Source: a virus (lineage: Duplodnaviria > Heunggongvirae > Uroviricota > Caudoviricetes). From it: 56,022 bases of DNA. The notes under the pieces are model-generated. The model was not told the DNA's origin. It searched no databases and saw nothing but the letters and a program-made list of their open reading frames with translations. Positions within the stretch are counted from its first letter, which is position 1, and every line of letters begins with the position of its first letter. Where the stretch lies: positions 1-56,022 of IMG/VR virus record IMGVR_UViG_2534681672_000003. One strand, 5' to 3'. Shown one piece after another: positions 53,176 to 56,022 of the stretch. The position numbers were made by a program, and so were the translations under genes.

Positions 53176-53725
53176 TTTCACCGGAAGCAATACTCCTGCC
53201 GAACATCGCGACAGCTGGCGCACACCACCAGAGATTTTTGCTGCGCTTAATGCAGAGTTCGTTTTTCAACTTGATGCTGCCGCCAGCGAAAAAAACCGAC
53301 TATGTCGGCTTTTTATCTCACAGGAGCAGAACACATTAACCACTTCATGGCCTGAAGCAATGGGATATGCCTCTGGTTATGTCTGGTTGAATCCACCATA
53401 CAGCAATATTTCCCCTTTTGTGAAAAAGGCAGCCACTGAAAACAAATTCAGTAGTGTGGGATGTGTAATGTTATTGCCTGCTGACACATCTGTCGGATGG
53501 TTTCATGAAGCGATACAAACCGCCAGTGAGGTCAGATTCATCACGGCAGGACGACTGGCATTTATTAACCCACTCACTGAGAAACCCGTCAGTGGAAATA
53601 ATAAAGGCTCGATGCTCATTATCTGGCACCCATACCCCCGTACACACTGCCACTTTACGACCGTTGATCGTGGAGAGTTGATGGCGTTCGGCTCAAGGAT
53701 TCTTGCCCGTCGGGAGGCTGCATGA
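53168..53725 (+). CDS. phage N6-adenine DNA methyltransferase (Dam-like, orphan)
   Basis: NPPY motif in WLNPPYSNI; no adjacent restriction enzyme gene. Confidence 0.8.
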   Translation: MTDFTGSNTPAEHRDSWRTPPEIFAALNAEFVFQLDAAASEKNRLCRLFISQEQNTLTTSWPEAMGYASGYVWLNPPYSNISPFVKKAATENKFSSVGCVMLLPADTSVGWFHEAIQTASEVRFITAGRLAFINPLTEKPVSGNNKGSMLIIWHPYPRTHCHFTTVDRGELMAFGSRILARREAA

Positions 53726-53805
53726 CAACCACGGAATGCATTTTTCTGGCAGCGGGCTTCATATTCTGTGTGCTTATGCTTGCCGACATGGGACTTGTTC
53801 AATGA
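53722..53805 (+). CDS. 27-aa hydrophobic micropeptide (MTTTECIFLAAGFIFCVLMLADMGLVQ)
   Basis: Read by hand; ATGA overlaps at both ends couple it to its neighbours. Confidence 0.3.
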   Translation: MTTTECIFLAAGFIFCVLMLADMGLVQ

Positions 53806-54017
53806 CACCTCAGCAGGAAAACGCCCTTCGCAGCATTGCCCGTCAGGCTAATTCTGAAATCAAAAAAGCCAGACAGCAGTTTCCGGATAAAAACGTCGAT
53901 GACATTTGCCGTAGCGTACTTAAGAAGCACCGCGAAACGGTAACGCTGATGGGATTCACACCGACTCATTTAAGCCTGGCGATCGGCATGTTAAACGGCG
54001 TCTTTAAGGAACGGTGA
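53802..54017 (+). CDS. hypothetical protein
   Basis: 71 aa from MTPQQENALRSIARQ...; start coupled to the micropeptide stop. Confidence 0.4.
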   Translation: MTPQQENALRSIARQANSEIKKARQQFPDKNVDDICRSVLKKHRETVTLMGFTPTHLSLAIGMLNGVFKER

Positions 54018-54115
54018 ACATGAAAAGCAAAATCATCAGGGAGCTACAGGCTCCTTTTTTATTGTTCGCATTCATCCTCAAGCGTATTAACCAACAATTC
54101 AGGGATTAATGGAAG

Positions 54116-54334
54116 ATGGCAGACATCATTGATTCAGCATCAGAAATCGAAGAATTACAGCGCAATACAGCAATAAAAATGCGTCGTCAGAACTACCAGA
54201 CTGTATCCGCAACTCATTGTTGTGAGTGTGGCGATCCGATAGATGAGCGAAGACGCCTGGCTGTTCAGGGTTGTCGGACTTGTGCAAGTTGCCAGGAGGA
54301 GATCGAACTTAAGAACAAACAATGGGGACTGTGA
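54116..54334 (+). CDS. TraR/DksA-family C4 zinc-finger protein
   Basis: CCECGDPIDERRR...CRTCASCQ four-cysteine motif. Confidence 0.75.
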   Translation: MADIIDSASEIEELQRNTAIKMRRQNYQTVSATHCCECGDPIDERRRLAVQGCRTCASCQEEIELKNKQWGL

Positions 54335-54381
54335 TGGCCTCAAAGCAGCAAATTTCAACATCGTCCAACTGAGGTGTAAAA

Positions 54382-54660
54382 ATGTTCAGAATCATTTTTC
54401 CTAACACCTGGTACGTCGACCACCACGGCACTCCCTGCAAAATCCTGCGTTCTACCCACAACAAAGTTCACTACATCCGAAAAGGCAGAACATGTATCGC
54501 CAGCATGTTCCGCTTTAATCATGACTTTGAACCTGTGAATAAAGCTGATGCAGATCGGATAGCAGAAGAGCTCGAAACGGCAGAACACATTAAGAAGTTA
54601 CGTGACATGCGTTCAAAAAGCAGAGGTAACCATGGAATCATACAGCCTCACACTCGATGA
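54382..54660 (+). CDS. hypothetical protein
   Basis: 92-aa ORF upstream of xis. Confidence 0.35.
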   Translation: MFRIIFPNTWYVDHHGTPCKILRSTHNKVHYIRKGRTCIASMFRFNHDFEPVNKADADRIAEELETAEHIKKLRDMRSKSRGNHGIIQPHTR

Positions 54661-55003
54661 GGCCTGTCAGTTTCTTAAGATATCCAGACCAACCGCCACC
54701 AACTGGATACGAACAGGCCGCCTACAGGCAACACGTAAAGATCCAACCAAGCCAAAATCTCCTTACCTCACAACACGGCAAGCCTGCATTGCGGCGCTTC
54801 AGTCTCCGCTGCATACTGTCCAGGTGAGCGCGGGTGATGGCATAACAGAGGAAAGAAAATGTCACTCTTCCGCAGAAATGAAATATGGTATGCCTCGTAT
54901 TCGCTCCCGGGCGGGAAACGAATTAAGGAATCTCTTGGCACAAAGGACAAGCGGCAAGCTCAGGAGTTGCACGACAAGCGAAAAGCAGAACTCTGGCGAG
55001 TAG
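54632..55003 (+). CDS. xis: excisionase (AlpA/Xis-type HTH)
   Basis: [29 protein letters not shown]; GAGG RBS; overlaps the int start. Confidence 0.7.
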   Translation: MESYSLTLDEACQFLKISRPTATNWIRTGRLQATRKDPTKPKSPYLTTRQACIAALQSPLHTVQVSAGDGITEERKCHSSAEMKYGMPRIRSRAGNELRNLLAQRTSGKLRSCTTSEKQNSGE

Positions 55004-56022
55004 AAAAGCTAGGGGATTTACCTGATGTCACTTTTGAAGAGGCCTGCCTAAGATGGCTTGAGGAAAAAGCTGATAAAAAATCTCTCGATTCAGATAAAAG
55101 CCGGATTGAGTTCTGGCTTGAACATTTTGAGGGTATAAGGCTTAAAGATATCTCGGAGGCAAAGATTTACTCTGCTGTAAGCAGAATGCATAACAGAAAG
55201 ACGAAAGAAATATGGAAACAGAAAGTTCAGGCCGCCATCAGGAAAGGTAAAGAACCGCCTGTTTATGAACCAAAGCCAGTATCAACTCAGACAAAGGCAA
55301 AGCATCTTGCCATGATAAAGGCCATTCTCCGTGCTGCAGAACGCGACTGGAAGTGGCTGGAAAAAGCGCCTGTCATCAAGATACCAGCGGTCAGAAACAA
55401 GCGAGTCAGATGGCTGGAAAAGGAGGAAGCAAAACGCCTTATTGATGAGTGCCCCGAACCACTGAAATCTGTCGTCAAGTTTGCGCTGGCAACTGGTCTG
55501 AGAAAGTCGAACATCATAAATCTGGAATGGCAACAAATCGACATGCAGCGACGAGTTGCCTGGGTGAATCCAGAAGAGAGCAAATCAAACCGCGCCATTG
55601 GTGTGGCGCTGAACGATACCGCCTGTAAAGTGTTGCGTGATCAAATAGGCAAGCATCACAAATGGGTGTTTGTACATACCAAGGCGGCTAAGCGAGCAGA
55701 TGGAACATCAACGCCTGCGGTCAGGAAGATGCGCATCGACAGCAAGACATCATGGCTATCAGCTTGTCGTCGTGCAGGAATTGAAGATTTCCGTTTCCAT
55801 GACCTCAGACACACCTGGGCAAGCTGGCTGATTCAGTCAGGCGTCCCATTATCAGTGCTTCAGGAAATGGGCGGATGGGAGTCCATAGAAATGGTTCGTA
55901 GGTATGCTCACCTTGCGCCTAATCATTTGACAGAGCATGCGAGGAAAATAGACGACATTTTTGGTGATAATGTCCCAAATATGTCCCACTCTGGAATTAT
56001 GGAGGATATAAAGAAGGCGTAA
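54859..56022 (+). CDS. int: tyrosine integrase, P22-type
   Basis: 387 aa, MSLFRR...[11 protein letters not shown]...VRRYAHL matches P22 Int as recalled; stop codon is the last codon of the window. Confidence 0.9.
   Translation: MSLFRRNEIWYASYSLPGGKRIKESLGTKDKRQAQELHDKRKAELWRVEKLGDLPDVTFEEACLRWLEEKADKKSLDSDKSRIEFWLEHFEGIRLKDISEAKIYSAVSRMHNRKTKEIWKQKVQAAIRKGKEPPVYEPKPVSTQTKAKHLAMIKAILRAAERDWKWLEKAPVIKIPAVRNKRVRWLEKEEAKRLIDECPEPLKSVVKFALATGLRKSNIINLEWQQIDMQRRVAWVNPEESKSNRAIGVALNDTACKVLRDQIGKHHKWVFVHTKAAKRADGTSTPAVRKMRIDSKTSWLSACRRAGIEDFRFHDLRHTWASWLIQSGVPLSVLQEMGGWESIEMVRRYAHLAPNHLTEHARKIDDIFGDNVPNMSHSGIMEDIKKA

Overview
The window is almost entirely one mosaic lambdoid prophage in reverse orientation (tail fibres at the left, integrase at the right edge). 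Lambda-type tail and head genes (stf, lom, J, I, K, L, M, H, G/T, V, U, Z, FII, FI, E, D, C, B, W, A, nu1, cos) lie on the minus strand. They are followed by a phage-21-type lysis cassette (pinholin S, SAR endolysin R, Rz/Rz1), a DLP12-like Q/nin region (QuuD-like Q, ylcG, rusA, ybcO, ninE, ybcN, ybcK-like serine recombinase, emrE), ren/P, an O gene with its own iterons, a cro/cI-type immunity region, lambda Red (gam, bet, exo), a Dam-like methyltransferase and a P22-type xis/int. Two lesions make the prophage look head-defective: major capsid gene E is split by an 11.4-kb insertion (18144-29566), and gene C carries a 73-bp tandem duplication that shifts frame. The insertion is the most interesting candidate system. 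It is a satellite-like integrative element with a P4-family integrase plus AlpA at one end, a P-loop primase-helicase next to TGTTCACC iterons, an RHH regulator with operator repeats, an IS200 copy and AT-rich cargo including a DUF2971 protein. It also carries its own divergent lambda-type capsid genes (E-like, D-like), an AlpA-type HTH gene ending about 57 bp from a cos site whose cosB is lambda-like but whose 12-nt cohesive-end positions differ, and a nu1 paralogue with an in-frame amber codon. All calls come from reading the sequence and recalled protein families; no searches were run. Coordinates read off the sequence lines rather than the ORF track may be off by a base or two.
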